Source: Lama guanicoe
Taxonomy: Eukaryota
Assembly (NCBI GenBank): GCA_013239625.1
Contig: MU054908.1
Span: 14,622,460 to 14,686,459 of the forward strand
Length of the DNA: 64,000 nucleotides
Direction of reading: 5' to 3'
Shown: piece after piece, positions 36,226 to 48,720 of the stretch
How the letters are laid out: every line of letters begins with the position of its first letter
How positions within the stretch are numbered: position 1 is the stretch's first letter
Translations under genes and position numbers: made by a program
The notes under the pieces: model-generated
The model's database searches: none
Seen by the model: the letters and a program-made list of their open reading frames with translations, nothing else
Told to the model about the DNA's origin: nothing

Positions 36226-36771
36226 GATGTATTTATCTTATAATTGGAAGTTTGTATCCTTGCCTCCCTTCATCCCTTTCACAGGACTGCCACCACCCCA
36301 ACTCCCACCCTCCCCAGTCCCACTCCCACACATATCTCTGGCAACCACTAATCTGTTCTGTGTATCCATGAGTTTGATTTGGTTTTGTTTTTTAAGATGC
36401 CAAATATAAGTGAAATCATACATGTGTCTTTCTCTGTCTGACTTATTTCACTTAGCATAATGCCTTCAGGTTCCACTCATGTTGTCCCAAATGGCAAGAT
36501 TGTGGTTTTGATTTGCATTTCCCTAATGATTAGTGATGTTTAGCATCTTTTCATGTGCCTATTGGCCATCTGATGTATTCTTTGGAAAAATGCCCATTTT
36601 TAAATCAGATTTTTTTTTGCTATTTTTTATTTGCTTTTTTTTTTGCTATTTGCTATTTGCTATTTATGAGTTCTTTACATATTTTAGATATTAACCTCTT
36701 ATCAGATATATGATTTGCAAATATCTCCTCCCATTCTGTAGGTTGTCTTTTCATTTTGTTGGTGGTTTCCT
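36226..36771 (-). mobile_element. L1 (L1MA-like) ORF2 C-terminus and 3' UTR with internal deletion
   Basis: Minus-strand ORF ETTNKMKRQPTEWEEIFANHISDKRLISKICKEL is L1 ORF2; CTGACTTATTTCACTTAGCATAATG. Confidence 0.92.
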
Positions 36772-37689
36772 GGGGATCTTTTAAAAAGGTAGATTCTATT
36801 CTATAGGTTGAGGGGTAGGACTTGTAACTCTGCATTTGTTAGAAGCTCTGTGGACCACTCAGAGTAGCAAAGTTATTGGGCTATTAAGCAAGACAACAGT
36901 TTTGGATACCAATTACATAACAGGCTCATAATATACACTCAACAAATGTTTAGGCTTGTTATATTCACTATTATGACTAATGTGTACATTAATTCTTTCC
37001 CTCTCCAGCAGAAGCAATGGTAAATTTATTTCAGGAAATTCTCCTTAAAAATTTCTTCGATTTTGGGAGACCAAATACTTAATCTCTCAATATATGCTGG
37101 ATGTCTACATTTCTTTTCAATATCTTATTTTTAAAAGACATAGTAGAGGAAGGAAAAATTCAGAGAAAAGTGAGTTTGACTTCTTTTTGATTTCCAGGGG
37201 CTTTGTGGCTTTGATTGACTGCAGATATTGCTTCCTGACTCACTGAATGTGCAGACCACTAATAAAACTCCTTCAAGAAATTGGAAAAAAACCCCTATTT
37301 TTCTACTCTTTCTTTTCTTAGCTAAACACCTTTAATTATTTTTTTCAAACCTCCTTAGACTTCCTGTATAAGCTTTCTGTCTCATTCATGAGCCTGTTTA
37401 TCTCCTTTTATCTTTATCACTTTTCTTTGGTATTTACAAATGGGATTGGGTTAGGTGGAAAGAATCTTTTTATTTACACTAATTTTGCGATAACTCATAG
37501 CATGAGAGAGAAGGCAAGTGAATCAAAGACTTTTCTACAAATGAAAAAAAACAAAGTCAGAAATGGAAGTTACTTGTCCAAAGTCTCACGGTTCATAAGT
37601 GACAGAGGCACTATACGAACTTAGAACTTTTTCCCAACCTCATAGCTTGTGTTCTCTCAAGCATGCCATGCCTACTCTCCAATCTGGGA

Positions 37690-38150
37690 GATAACACAAG
37701 CACACAGGTTATTATCATTTAAGCCAAAGTGGGCAGTAGTGACAGAAATACACAAGAGTAGTATAACCCAAGTGTTGCAAAGATCAGAAACTATCTGTTC
37801 GGTTGGGAGGATTAGCCATGGCTTTGTGGACAGGTCCCTATATAAGGCACTCTAGTTCCTGAGAATGGCACAAGAAAAATGGGAAATCCCAGAACCTCTT
37901 CTCAGAAGTAGGAAGAGCCAAGTTTCAATGGAAAATACCATAGAGAGAAAGCTGGAAAGGACAGGTTAGGGCTAGGTAATGGCAGGCTATGCATGTCAGG
38001 TGAGGCAGGAGCATTTAACTCAGTAAACAGCCAGAATCTGTTGTAGATTCTTAACCAAAAGGTTACTTAAGCAGAGTTGAACTTCGAGTAAATGATTTTG
38101 ACAGTAGTATGTTGGGTGGATTGGGGCACAGAAAGTTGGAAAACTCTGGT
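37690..38150 (-). mobile_element. L2 fragment, preceded by a MIR at ~37480-37670
   Basis: Purine-rich L2-like motifs; diverged. Confidence 0.5.
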
Positions 38151-38795
38151 GCTGTAAGAAATACAAAGATACTCAGACTTTGTTTATATCTCTAAGACTC
38201 TTATTACACAATCACACAGATAACTTCAGTAAAAGGCAGATTTTAATAAATGTCATTGAAATATACAAAATGCCATTGTAGTTGTCGGTTGAAGAAGAAA
38301 AAGATCTGGAAAGCTGTCATATGTTATTTGGTAGAGGCAATCATTGTCAATGTGGGGAAAAAAACTAGGTCTGATTTCATGAAAAATAACTAAATTGGGG
38401 ACATTTAAACTTTATTGAAATTTATATGGCAGCTCATATGTTGACCCAAACAATTAGCACACTATCTCCAAACCAAGAAATTCCTTCCAACTACTAATAC
38501 TTGGTCATTTTTTAAAATTCTATGTTCACTAGGTATGCCAAAAGGCAAGTTGAGAGTTTGATTAAAAAAAAAAAGAACAAATCTACAGTAAGTTTTATTT
38601 TTAGAGCTGCTGCTTTATCAACTAAACCAAGATGAAACAGTTACTCATTAGATGACAGAGTTTCTTTTTTTTTCCCTTGAATTCATTTCTGAGTTAATAC
38701 AAATCTGACTCACTGTCATCAAAAAGAAGGAACTTTCTTGCAGACTCATGCAGCTGCCCTAGGGTCAATTTTTACATAAAATATACTTAAATTTG

Positions 38796-38913
38796 GTGGT
38801 GGGGATACAGCTCAAGCGGTAGAGCACATGCTTAGCATGCATAAGGTCCTCGGTTCAATCCCCAGTACCTCCTCTAAAAATAAATAAGTAAACCTAATTA
38901 TGACCCCCACCCC
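38796..38913 (+). mobile_element. Camelid tRNA-Ala-derived SINE with perfect 18-bp TSD
   Basis: A-box CAGCTCAAGCGG and B-box GGTTCAATCCC; TSD AAAATATACTTAAATTTG at 38778-38795 and 38914-38931. Confidence 0.95.
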
Positions 38914-39887
38914 AAAATATACTTAAATTTGAACATTGCTAATAATGTAAATAATTAAAGTTTAGTAACTCAATTTTAGGTTTAGTTGTAACTACATCAG
39001 ATTTTGAAAAATTGGTAAGATTGGACTACTAGAATTTTATTTTAAAAATGAGATTTTTAAAAATGGGACAGCCCACTTGTCACTTGAAAAGATGCAAATT
39101 CCAAAACACTGATTCGTTTGCAATGAAAAAGTCCATGGAATTCTCAGAAAGTAAGATGGAACAGTACAAACATCTGTAATGAGCAGTAAGTCCACATTGC
39201 AGAAAAAGGAGGATTAATGTCATTCTGATCCAAAGCTTTTAACCCAGGAAATCCATCCGACAGAAGGGATAAGAGCTCAAATTCACTTCAGTTAAAGCAA
39301 AGCAGGAAGAGCAATAAGTAGCTATCCTGATGAAAGTGGGGGGGTGCCAAAAAAGAGTAAAGAAGTTGATGATCTCAGATGGAAAGAATTTGTGAAGTCT
39401 CTGGGATTTGGGTAAATGTTGGGGCAAGCTGCATGAGGGCGGAGTGGTTAAATTCTCCACCTGCCTGATGTTTATTTATGTGATATAACTGAAGAGATAG
39501 AAAAACTTCTGAGGCACTCATTAACCAGAGGTTTTGCCCTAATCTATTTAGAAGAAAATATAATATTCAAAATGAAACCTAAGTGAAGACAGTTGTGTTA
39601 CTGCTGGAAAGTAGGCTCCAAAGATGAACCCCCTCAAGCATCGGGTCAGAAAGCTCTGACTCCATTTGCCAGCTCTATCACGTATTAGGAGTGTGATTCC
39701 ATACAGGAGAGTCTTGGGGGCTAGGGTATTGCTGAGGAAGGGGCATGTTTTGAAGCCTCATTTGCATAATATTTGCACAATCTTTCCCTTAGGTTGTATA
39801 GTTACTGGCGTAGCTGGGAGGGCTGTTAGAGGTGGAGGTTAGGGAGGGATAAGAATGATGGGGAGCCTGAACCCTTCATGCCCACCC

Positions 39888-40030
39888 CTGAGCAAGATTC
39901 TGCTCTCTCTGAGCCTACATCGCCTCCTTTGCACAATAGGAATAATAACATCTCCTTGCAAGTCTGTTGTAGATAGTAAATGGGGTAAATAATGTGAAGT
40001 GCTGACTCCTAAATAGTCAATAAATGTCTA
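39888..40030 (+). mobile_element. MIR SINE 3' part
   Basis: CTCTCTGAGCCT...GGAATAATAA...TCAATAAATGT. Confidence 0.6.
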
Positions 40031-40910
40031 TAAACCTAAAAGACATCAAAGGGGAAATACTAAATTAGGATATCTGTTCTGAAGAAGATTGTTTCTATTA
40101 GGAAAAGTCTTAATTCTGCCTTGTTCCTAGAATATTTTAGATATTTATTTTCAGATATTTAGTCCTAATTGTTGATTTTTCCCCCTAGTGGTACTTTAAA
40201 GAAGAGAAAAGCAGCTCTTGTTTAAACCATCATTACCCCGCTAATATTCTGGCCCAAGTGCAAAGGGTTGGGCTTTCCCACAGAGCACTTAAAAAACAGG
40301 TGATGATATCACACCCGTGAGTGCACTCAGCACAGGCTATGAGAACAGAAGCTGGCTTCTACCCAGTAGTTTTCTCCCATCCTCGGTCCCCGAGGAGAGT
40401 GAATAGCTCCAGAAACCCTTATTAGCTACTGTCATTTGGGTGGCAAAGTGTGAGAGTAACCCCCACCGTGCCCTGCCCTTCCCCACATCACATTAAAAAA
40501 TAAAAGGACAACAAAAGGGAATGGAAGCTGTGAAGGTAGCTCAGTGCTCACACATCACCTCTGAGTGAGAGAAAGGTGTAAAACCGTCCCAAGCCTTAGA
40601 ATGTACACCCTGCTTCCACCCCAGCTGGACCACCCCTACCCCCTCCAGGAAGCCCCCCCTCCTACAAGCATTAATGTTGAATCAGCATTTTGTTAGCCTG
40701 ATTCTATTCATTCCTAAATAGCTATGAAGATACTTTTTGTCTGAGAACTTATCAAATACTTACAAATGAATGAATGAGTGAATGTATGAATGCATGAATG
40801 AAGCTTCCAGTGACCTCTCCTTAGATCTCTATATTCATTCATTCATTGAACCAACATTGATGGGTCCCTGCTATGTGCAGGTACTGTGCTAAGACTAAGG
40901 ATATAGTGAT

Positions 40911-41048
40911 GGGGGAGGGTATAGCTCAGTGGTAGAGCACATGCTTAGCATGCACGAGGTCATGGGTTTGATCCTCAGTACCTCCATTAAATAAAAAATA
41001 ATAATGATAATAAATAATTAAATAAATAAATATTACCTGCCCCCCCCC
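40911..41048 (+). mobile_element. Camelid tRNA-Ala-derived SINE inserted in an L2 3' end
   Basis: GGGGGAGGGTATAGCTCAGTGGTAGAGCACATGCTTAGCATGCACGAGG; TSD AAGGATATAGTGAT (40897-40910) / AAAGATATAGTGAT (41049-41062). Confidence 0.95.
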
Positions 41049-42189
41049 AAAGATATAGTGATAAGACATGAGTTCTCTAGGAGTGAGATTTTGGCATAGA
41101 ATAATCATATAATTGTAAACCTCTAGATCATACAAAATAATATATTATGCCTTAGACACTGTAATTATGGGCATAATTATAGAAGAGGGAAGATATATAG
41201 AATGTAATTTGAATATATCATACACTTGACCTGAACTGAATTTGCTATCATTAACAATTTACCTTAACTCTTTTAGATTTATATGGGCTTTCAAAAACAT
41301 GATTTGAATATCCTGGCCCTCTTAGAGTAGATGGCTAAGAAAATCTGAATTCATAAAACTTTTCCCTTAAATAATCCGCGGAGCAAGCAGGGGCTTTCAA
41401 AATCATTCCCTTCATCTCAGAGCTTTGTTCTAAAGAACAGGCTCATTAATATTTGTTGTTACTGAGAATGGTGTTTCTTCAACCTTTAAATAAAAATGCT
41501 TAGAATAATAGTTGATTTACATATCTCCTATTCATCTTTTTTTTTCTCTCTTCCTGAGTCTGAAGTCCAGGTTAAGTGGCTTGGTATGAGACCAAAGCAA
41601 TTGTTTCTGTTGGGAAATTATTAATGTTATTCTATTATCCTTTCTCAGCTTTCATTGCTGAAGGGAAGTGACATATTGTTGACAGCTATCAGAGCTGTTA
41701 ATGCTTTATTGGAAAGTCGTTTGGAGAATTACCATATCATTAATCTCAAATCTCAAAAATGTTTCAAAAACCTCTCAGAGAACTGATAAGATAGGCATGA
41801 GATAATATCATTACAATATATTCACTCTTTCTTTTCTAGAGTTCATGCACTGGTTAAAGGGGGAAAGGTCTGGGGGGCGGAAATGTCCCCTTAGGGGGAT
41901 GCAGTATTCATGAAGAGAATACTTATGTAGCTAGTAAGGGCCCCTCCCATCTGTAGGAAAGGTGACCAGCAAAATCACTTGGGAAGTAGTAGGTCTCTAT
42001 CAGCAAAGAAGACTCAGTCCCCAGCTGGATTCCTGCCCAGGGCTGGATTGGCTGACCTGCTCAGGAAGTGCTCTGAGAGCCCAGGAAGAGTATCTGGGAT
42101 AGATTGCATTGTGTTACCTGGTGGGAGTCCAGGCACAGAGGGCCAGGCACAGTCTCCTCAAGTTCTTGGTTCTTGAGTGATATAGAAGG

Positions 42190-42500
42190 AAGGGACAGAG
42201 GAGCCAGTTTGGGGAATAGCACTAACAAAGATGAGAAGGTGAAGAACCTATTCTCAGAAGAGTAAAAGGACTAGGTGGAGAGAAAAATAAAGTAGTAAAA
42301 GATGAACCTGGAAAAGTAGGTTGGAGTCAGATTATGTAAGGCCTTGCAAGCCAGTGCAAGGCAGGTATATTAAATTCAGTAAGTAATTGGAAACTACTGC
42401 AGGTTATCTGGACCAAAAATGAATCTGATCACTGCTGTGTTTTAGGAGAATTAATTTGATAGAAATGCATGAACTGGATCAGGGTTGGGAAAGGCAGGAG
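42190..42500 (-). mobile_element. L2 fragment
   Basis: GTAGGTTGGAGTCAGATTATGTAAGGCCTTG and CTGTGTTTTAGGAG. Confidence 0.6.
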
Positions 42501-42537
42501 ACAACATGTATGTGTGATGCTGAAGAAGATACAAAAA

Positions 42538-43266
42538 TAAGCCACTATTATAAGATACCACTACATACTTACGTGAATGGCTAGAATTTTTTTAAAAGCA
42601 CTGAGAATGTCAAGTGTTGACAAGGACTCAGAGCAACTGGAACTCTTATACATTGCCAGTGAGAGTGATAAATGGGCCTGCCACTCCAGAAAATGATTTA
42701 GCAGTTTCTCATAAGGTTAAACATACACTAATCACATAGCCCAGCAATCCCGCGCATGGTTATCTCCTCCAGAGAAATGAAAACATACATTAACATAAAC
42801 ACCTGTATGTGAGTGTTTACAGAAACTCTGTTCATAATTGCCCCAAACTGGAAAACATCCCAAATGTCGCTGAGTGGGTGGATGGGTAAATAAACTGCAG
42901 TCCCGCCACACCATGGAATACTACTCAGCAATAAGAAGGAGCAAGGCATTATGCTGAGTGAAAGAAGCCAGTCTCAAAACGTTTCATACAGTATGATTTC
43001 GTTTATACAATATTCTCAAAAAGACAAAGCTATAGGGATGGAGACAGATCCACGATTGTTAGGGGTTAGGGAAGGAGGTGAGGGAATTACAACGCTAATA
43101 ATAATAAAGGGACAGCATGAGAAATTTGGGAGGAATGATAGAATTCTTCTGTATCCTAATTGTAGTGATGGTTACATGAATCTGTACATGTGTTTAAAAT
43201 CATAAAACCATACACCAAAAAAAGGTCAATTTTACAGTTTGATAATTTAAAAAATTAAACTAAAAA
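42538..43266 (+). mobile_element. Old L1 (L1MD/L1ME1-like) ORF2 end and 3' UTR
   Basis: GAGCAACTGGAACTCT, CCCAGCAATCCC, ATGGAATACTACTCAGCAATAA and ATTATGCTGAGTGAAAGAAGCCAG. Confidence 0.9.
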
Positions 43267-43437
43267 AGCAAAGCCAAAAAAAACTAGCAGGCAAAGCAAG
43301 AAATTTTTCATTGTTTGAAGTATCTACTGGACGGGGCACATTAGCATAAATCAAGATAATGCTAAGTGGGAAGGAGTGGAAAAACAGAATCTTAGATTGT
43401 TAGGCTTACAGATTAATCCCGGGTCAGCGAATATGCT

Positions 43438-43972
43438 TGTGGCAGATGGTATTTCCAAAAATGGCCACAACTATAGGTGTCAGCCTACATGCTCTTCTAG
43501 AACCTTGCTACTCTTCCATCAAGAGGTCTGTGTCCCTATGACTTGAATTTGTGACTGTCTAGACCAAGAGAGGATGCTGGAAGCTACACTACATGCTTCC
43601 TGAAGTTAAGTCATAAAAATGCTATGCACTTCCTCCCAGATCTCTTAGAACCCTGGCTCTTGGAACCCAGCCACTGTAGTGTGCAGAATTCCAAGTAGCT
43701 CATGGAAAGGCCTATGTGAAGAGGAACAGAGGTGTCTGCCCACAGCCCTGGCCGATCTTCCAACCAACAACCAGCACCACAGATTTGCCAGCCATATGAC
43801 AGAGCCATCTTGACAGTAGAGTCAAACTAGCTGGCACTGCCCAGAGCTGAGCAGTGTGTCAGCCCAGCCTTGCCTAAGTAGGCTATTCATGAGAAACATA
43901 AATGATTGCTGTTGTTCTAATCCACAAAGTTGGGGTGGGGGTGCTTGTCACACAGCAATAGATAGCTAATAT
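43438..43972 (+). mobile_element. Near full-length MaLR solo LTR (MLT1G/H-like)
   Basis: Begins TGTGGCAGATGGTATTTCCAAAAATGGCCAC and ends CACAGCAATAGATAGCTAATATA. Confidence 0.85.
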
Positions 43973-44514
43973 AATGTTTCTACTCACCAACAGATTAGAG
44001 CACCTTCCTGGTGTGGTACAGGTTGTCCCTGCTATCTGAAAGTAGAACCTGCCTGGAAACCATTTGAAAGCCAAAATGGCATAAAGTGAAGAAGTAATTA
44101 CCTTAGGACTCATCTTGCTAATGGAAGAACAAAATAAATTGAGATAAAGCACAGATGCTCACAGACACAGTCCAAAGCTACGGCGGCTGGATGCTAAGAG
44201 GCTGAGTGTAGTTTCCAGGGAAGGAGCTGAATGGTATTGCTTTTCCTGCTCCCCTGGGTGTAGGCTGCCTTTAGGAAGGCTGTTGCAAAACAAACGCTGA
44301 ATGCTATTTTTGCTTTTTGTCTTTTTTTTTTCCCGTGAAAGTGAAAATCCTCTTTGGATTTCTTTCTGTTGGTAAAAACAGGTTCTAATGTAGGTCTTTC
44401 ATAAACACGAAGTGGCATAAAGTGAACTGTTGAAAATGGGATGAGGCTTAGAGACAAAGAATGCCTGACTGATTAGCCAAGTTATATATTGGCATAGAAC
44501 TGAGTGATGGTATC

Positions 44515-44680
44515 ACTGCTATTTGCCAATCATGTTAGAATCCAGCACTCCCATCTTATGTATTGAACAAGACAGAATGCAGCAGGTTGTGATCTGCTCA
44601 TGATCACACAGATATTTGGTACCAGAGCCAAACCTCCAAATCAGGTCTTCTGATGTGCAGCTTAGTATTCTTTTCACTTT
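44515..44680 (-). mobile_element. MIR/MIR3 SINE
   Basis: TAGAATCCAGCACTCCCATCTTATG...ATGATCACACAG. Confidence 0.55.
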
Positions 44681-46557
44681 GCCTGTCCCTTCCCAATAAC
44701 AGATTCCTGAGACGTAAACCACAGGACCTAGAGCAGCAAATACATGCCTGGGTGCTTCTACTTCCCTCCCTACACCTGAGACAGACATCATCAGTCAAGT
44801 ATAGCACTTTCCTAAGGTCACTGATGTGCATATTGATTATGGACCCAAATTGTCGTTGGAGAACCTGAGTACAAAGATGCAAAAGCTATAACTGATTTGT
44901 GTTAGGAGTGTCAGAAGAATACAGCAAAGGCCGTCTCAAAATATAAGCTGTGAAAAGAGTTGATATCAAAATGTAATGTGTGTGAGCAAGAGGGAAGGGT
45001 TTGGCCATGACTGCTCAGGATTAAGGATGTCTGAAATGACACATAGACTTACTTCTCAGAGTCTACTAAGGAATCACTTCCTACATCCTTGAGGAACTCT
45101 ACTGTATAGCTTATCAGAAATTTTCTATTTAATATTTTTGAACTATTTTGTTGTAGCTGGAAGAAAATCTGTTATTTAGTTCCATAAAATATATTGCTTG
45201 TATATAATTTGGTCTCATCCTGAATCAAATCCAGTTGGAATGTATACAACACAGACAACAGGGCAGTACTGGAATATTGACCATTTTGATAATTTTGTTC
45301 TTCATAATGCACTTGGCATTGTCTGAGAAAGTAGGCTCAGAAAAAATACAGATGATTTCTAGGGTATGATTTAAAAGCAAAGGTTACAAATCTATGGTAC
45401 TGTGGATTTTAGGGTAGCTTGCTGAGGACAGGATTCATCCAACATAGATAGGATCAAGAGCAGAGCTTCTCTGAACTTAGCTATAGGAGAGCAGAACACC
45501 CTGCAGAAGCAACTATAAGTAAACTCCCAGAAAAATAAAAATTGCTCTTCTCCTCTCTATGATTCTGAGTAGGGCATGTGGGTGGGGTTAGGTATGAAGG
45601 TTATTTGAGTAAAACAAGTAGCCCAGTGCCTTCATTCATTCATTTGTTCACTGAGTACTTGGTATCTGCAAGGTATTCTGTTAAACACTAGGAGGAATAG
45701 ACAGAGAATTTGTCTTCAAAGGTTCTCCAGCAGGGACCCCACTGTCCTCTTCTAATAGAATAGGATTTGTCAACACGGTCCTAATGAGTTAGAAAACTAA
45801 ACATCACCCAGTGGCACCCAAACACAAGAACACTGGGTTTAATCATTAGAAGCAGGATATCATTACAGTTGTCTACATAAATCAGCAGGCTTCAAAGTGT
45901 TAATAACACCTCTTTTTTCTTTCTTTGTTTCTCTCTCGCCCTCTTTCTTTCCTTCTCTCTCTTTCTTTTACTTTCTACATGGATTATGTTATCATTTGAA
46001 AATTACCAATTGTTGGATCACTTAGATGCATCACTGTACTTTCAGGAAATCATTCCTGGTAATGAAATTCTTTCCATCAGCTCCACTTTCTGATTTGCAA
46101 TATAGGCTTGTCCTTTAATGACTAAGTGTTCTTTCCAGAAAAAATATGCAGCAGATGTGGCAAAACAGAAATATAATATTCTTGGAAGTGGACTAGTTTA
46201 GATAATAATTAAACTTTCCTTTTTTGTACTTGGACTTTAATTCTTCTAGTAATTTCTCTGTTCACAACAAATTCTCAGGAAGGTTGAATTCATCACTTTG
46301 TGTAACTAATTTCAAATCTTTAAATAATGGTCTGTAAGAATTCTTGTACCATCTTTTCAGGTTCTTTTGTGTTTAGAAGCTGTTGACTTATATTTCCCCT
46401 AATCTTTTCTGGGATAGAATATCTCAGTACTTTCCACTGGGTTTTCCTAAACACCAGCACAGTTGTTTTTCAATAATCTTAGCCCAACCACCTCTCAAAG
46501 ACCTATAATAACTGTTAAGTGCCAGTGCACAAGAACAAGACAGAAAAGAATCTAAAA

Positions 46558-46770
46558 GAAAGTGGGCTTTGGAGTAAATCCAATCTGGATTCCATGTAAA
46601 GCTGTGACACTTCTTGTGTAATTCTAGGCAAATTACTTAATCTCACTGAGCCTCAGTTTCCTTGTCTGTAAAATGGGGGTAGAATGCACATTATAAAGTT
46701 ATTGTAAGAATTAAGTACATATAAGAAAGCAGCGAGCCTGGTCTATAATAGGATTTCCTTAAATAATAAT
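46558..46770 (+). mobile_element. MIR SINE
   Basis: GGCAAATTACTTAATCTCACTGAGCCTCAGTTTCCTTGTCTGTAAAATGGGG. Confidence 0.85.
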
Positions 46771-47589
46771 TTCCCTTTGCTCCCTCCTAAAAATGACAAT
46801 GATAATGCTCAGGATTTGATCATTAAAACATATAAACAGTTACAGCTACAAACCACTCAGGTCCCAATCAACTTTTCTGACACCAATATGTGTAAGATTT
46901 GGCATTTCTCCTCTTTCTTCTTAGTGGAAACAAGCACCCCACTGTAAGGAAAATGAAAATTTGGAAATAAAAAGAACCTATAATTTCATCATCCTGGCAC
47001 CACAGCTGTTTCCTTTTTTGTCATGGTCTGGCGTTTACACAAAACGGTCACATTTTCTCCACAGCCGCAATCAGGGTGTGCTTATCATGAAGGTACTAAA
47101 AGATTTATTCCAGGTGATAGTGGGAAGCTGCTGAAGACGAAATGGAAGGCTGCGGAGGTGTTAAAGTTCTCTTAGGATATTGCTCAAACCNNNNNNNNNN
47201 NNNNNNNNNNNNNNNNNNNNNNNNNNNNNNNNNNNNNNNNNNNNNNNNNNNNNNNNNNNNNNNNNNNNNNNNNNNNNNNNNNNNNNNNNNNNNNNNNNNN
47301 NNNNNNNNNNNNNNNNNNNNNNNNNNNNNNNNNNNNNNGAGAGGAAAATTGCTCCCGGACGGTACTGACTTCAGAGGAAGCAAATTGGGTAGATGCATTC
47401 ATTTTATGACATTTTAAACATAAAACACGCACAGAAATGTATAAAAAGTCGGTTGAGATGCGTGTGATATTTAACTCATGCAGAGATGAGCGACTTGACA
47501 GGGTTATCTGGAAGGCCTGGTTTCGTCAGTGACAATGGTAACAATTAACTTCCAAGCATTGTTTATTCAGAAGCAAGCTCTGTTCAAAT

Positions 47590-47755
47590 GTTATCACATT
47601 TAATATTTTAGCACCTTTATGAGGCAGGTACACTATCCCTATTTCGCCTATGGTGAAACCGAGGCCCCGAGACTGAACGCGGTCACACATCTAGCGACAG
47701 TCGAGCTGCCACTGCAGGGCAATTTTGTATGACTCTGGGCTTCAGTTTAACTCTC
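47590..47755 (-). mobile_element. MIR SINE at the CpG-island shore
   Basis: TATGAGGCAGGTAC...GAAACCGAGGCCCCGAGA...GGTCACACA. Confidence 0.7.
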
Positions 47756-47849
47756 TTACATTTAGAATTCCAGAACGTGAAACCTAAATGAGACCCTGAG
47801 GTCTTCTGAATCAGTCCCCTACCCTGCCCACAAGCAAACTGAGGCCTCT

Positions 47850-48720
47850 GCGGTGCCAGGAAAGAAACTGGCCACACCACTTGGGCTCAAAAGTGTGCTC
47901 CGGCGTCCAGACGCCGCACCAAGAAAATGAAACTGCCCGGGAATTAATGTTTTTCTTCTCCTTCTAGCAGGAAACGAGACAGAAAATAGGAAGCAGAAGC
48001 TGCGCGCCGCGCCAGCTGCCTTCGCCCCCCACCCGGTTGGTGCACGCTCCAGGGCTCGCGCGCCCCCGCGGCGCGTCCCCGCTGGGCCCGCGCGCCTCGT
48101 GCCTCGAGCCTCGCGCCTCCAGCCACGTCCCCGCCCCGGCCCCGCGCGCGGCGGAGTTGGCTGCTGGGCGGCGCGGGCCTGGGTGTGGTCGGCGGGTCTC
48201 CGCGGCGCTGGTCTCGGCGGTGCGCTGCGCTGCGCTCTGCACGCCGACTCCGCGCGCGAGGGGCTGCCGAGCGCCCAGCGGACCCCCGCACGCCCGGTCA
48301 ACGCGGGCCCGAGTTCCCTCCAGGTAGGCGGCGGCCGCGCCAGCTACGGCTCGTCGGTGCGCCCCGCGGGGGCATCCCGGGCTTCCCGTAGGGGGCGTGA
48401 GGCGCCGCGGGGCCGCCCGGGCGGAATTCGGCCGGGGAGGCGCCGCAGGACTGGCGGCGTCCCTCCTGACTTGGGGACAGGGGGCTCCGGACGGCGGACC
48501 CCCCGGGAGGGACGGGACGGGCGCGCCCTGGTGGCGCGCTGCTCTGGCGCGGGGACCCGCCGCTCTTCCTCGGCTTCGGGCACTTCCTGGGCCGCTCGGA
48601 CCGCTTGCTCTGCGGAGCGAGGGAGAGCGTCGTCTCGGCCTCCGGACCCCCGGTTCCCCTCCGCGCACCAAGGCCCCTCCGCGCATTGAAACGCAAGCTC
48701 GTGTTTATTCCGAGAATAGC
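47850..48720. promoter_or_regulatory. CpG island promoter
   Basis: Abrupt shift to very high GC and CpG density against a CpG-depleted background; GC box CCCCGCCCC at 48129-48137, ETS-like GGAAG/CTTCC sites, no TATA box. Confidence 0.95.
48150..48323 (+). other. Putative non-coding first exon of an unidentified gene (5' boundary approximate)
   Basis: Donor CCAG|GTAGGC at 48323/48324 inside the CpG island downstream of the GC box; no ATG in the island upstream of it. Confidence 0.65.

Noticed and set aside
40911-40986. tRNA-Ala(AGC) gene
   Set aside because: It has TSDs, a SINE-specific tail and disrupted stems, and similar copies recur in the window; it is a SINE head.
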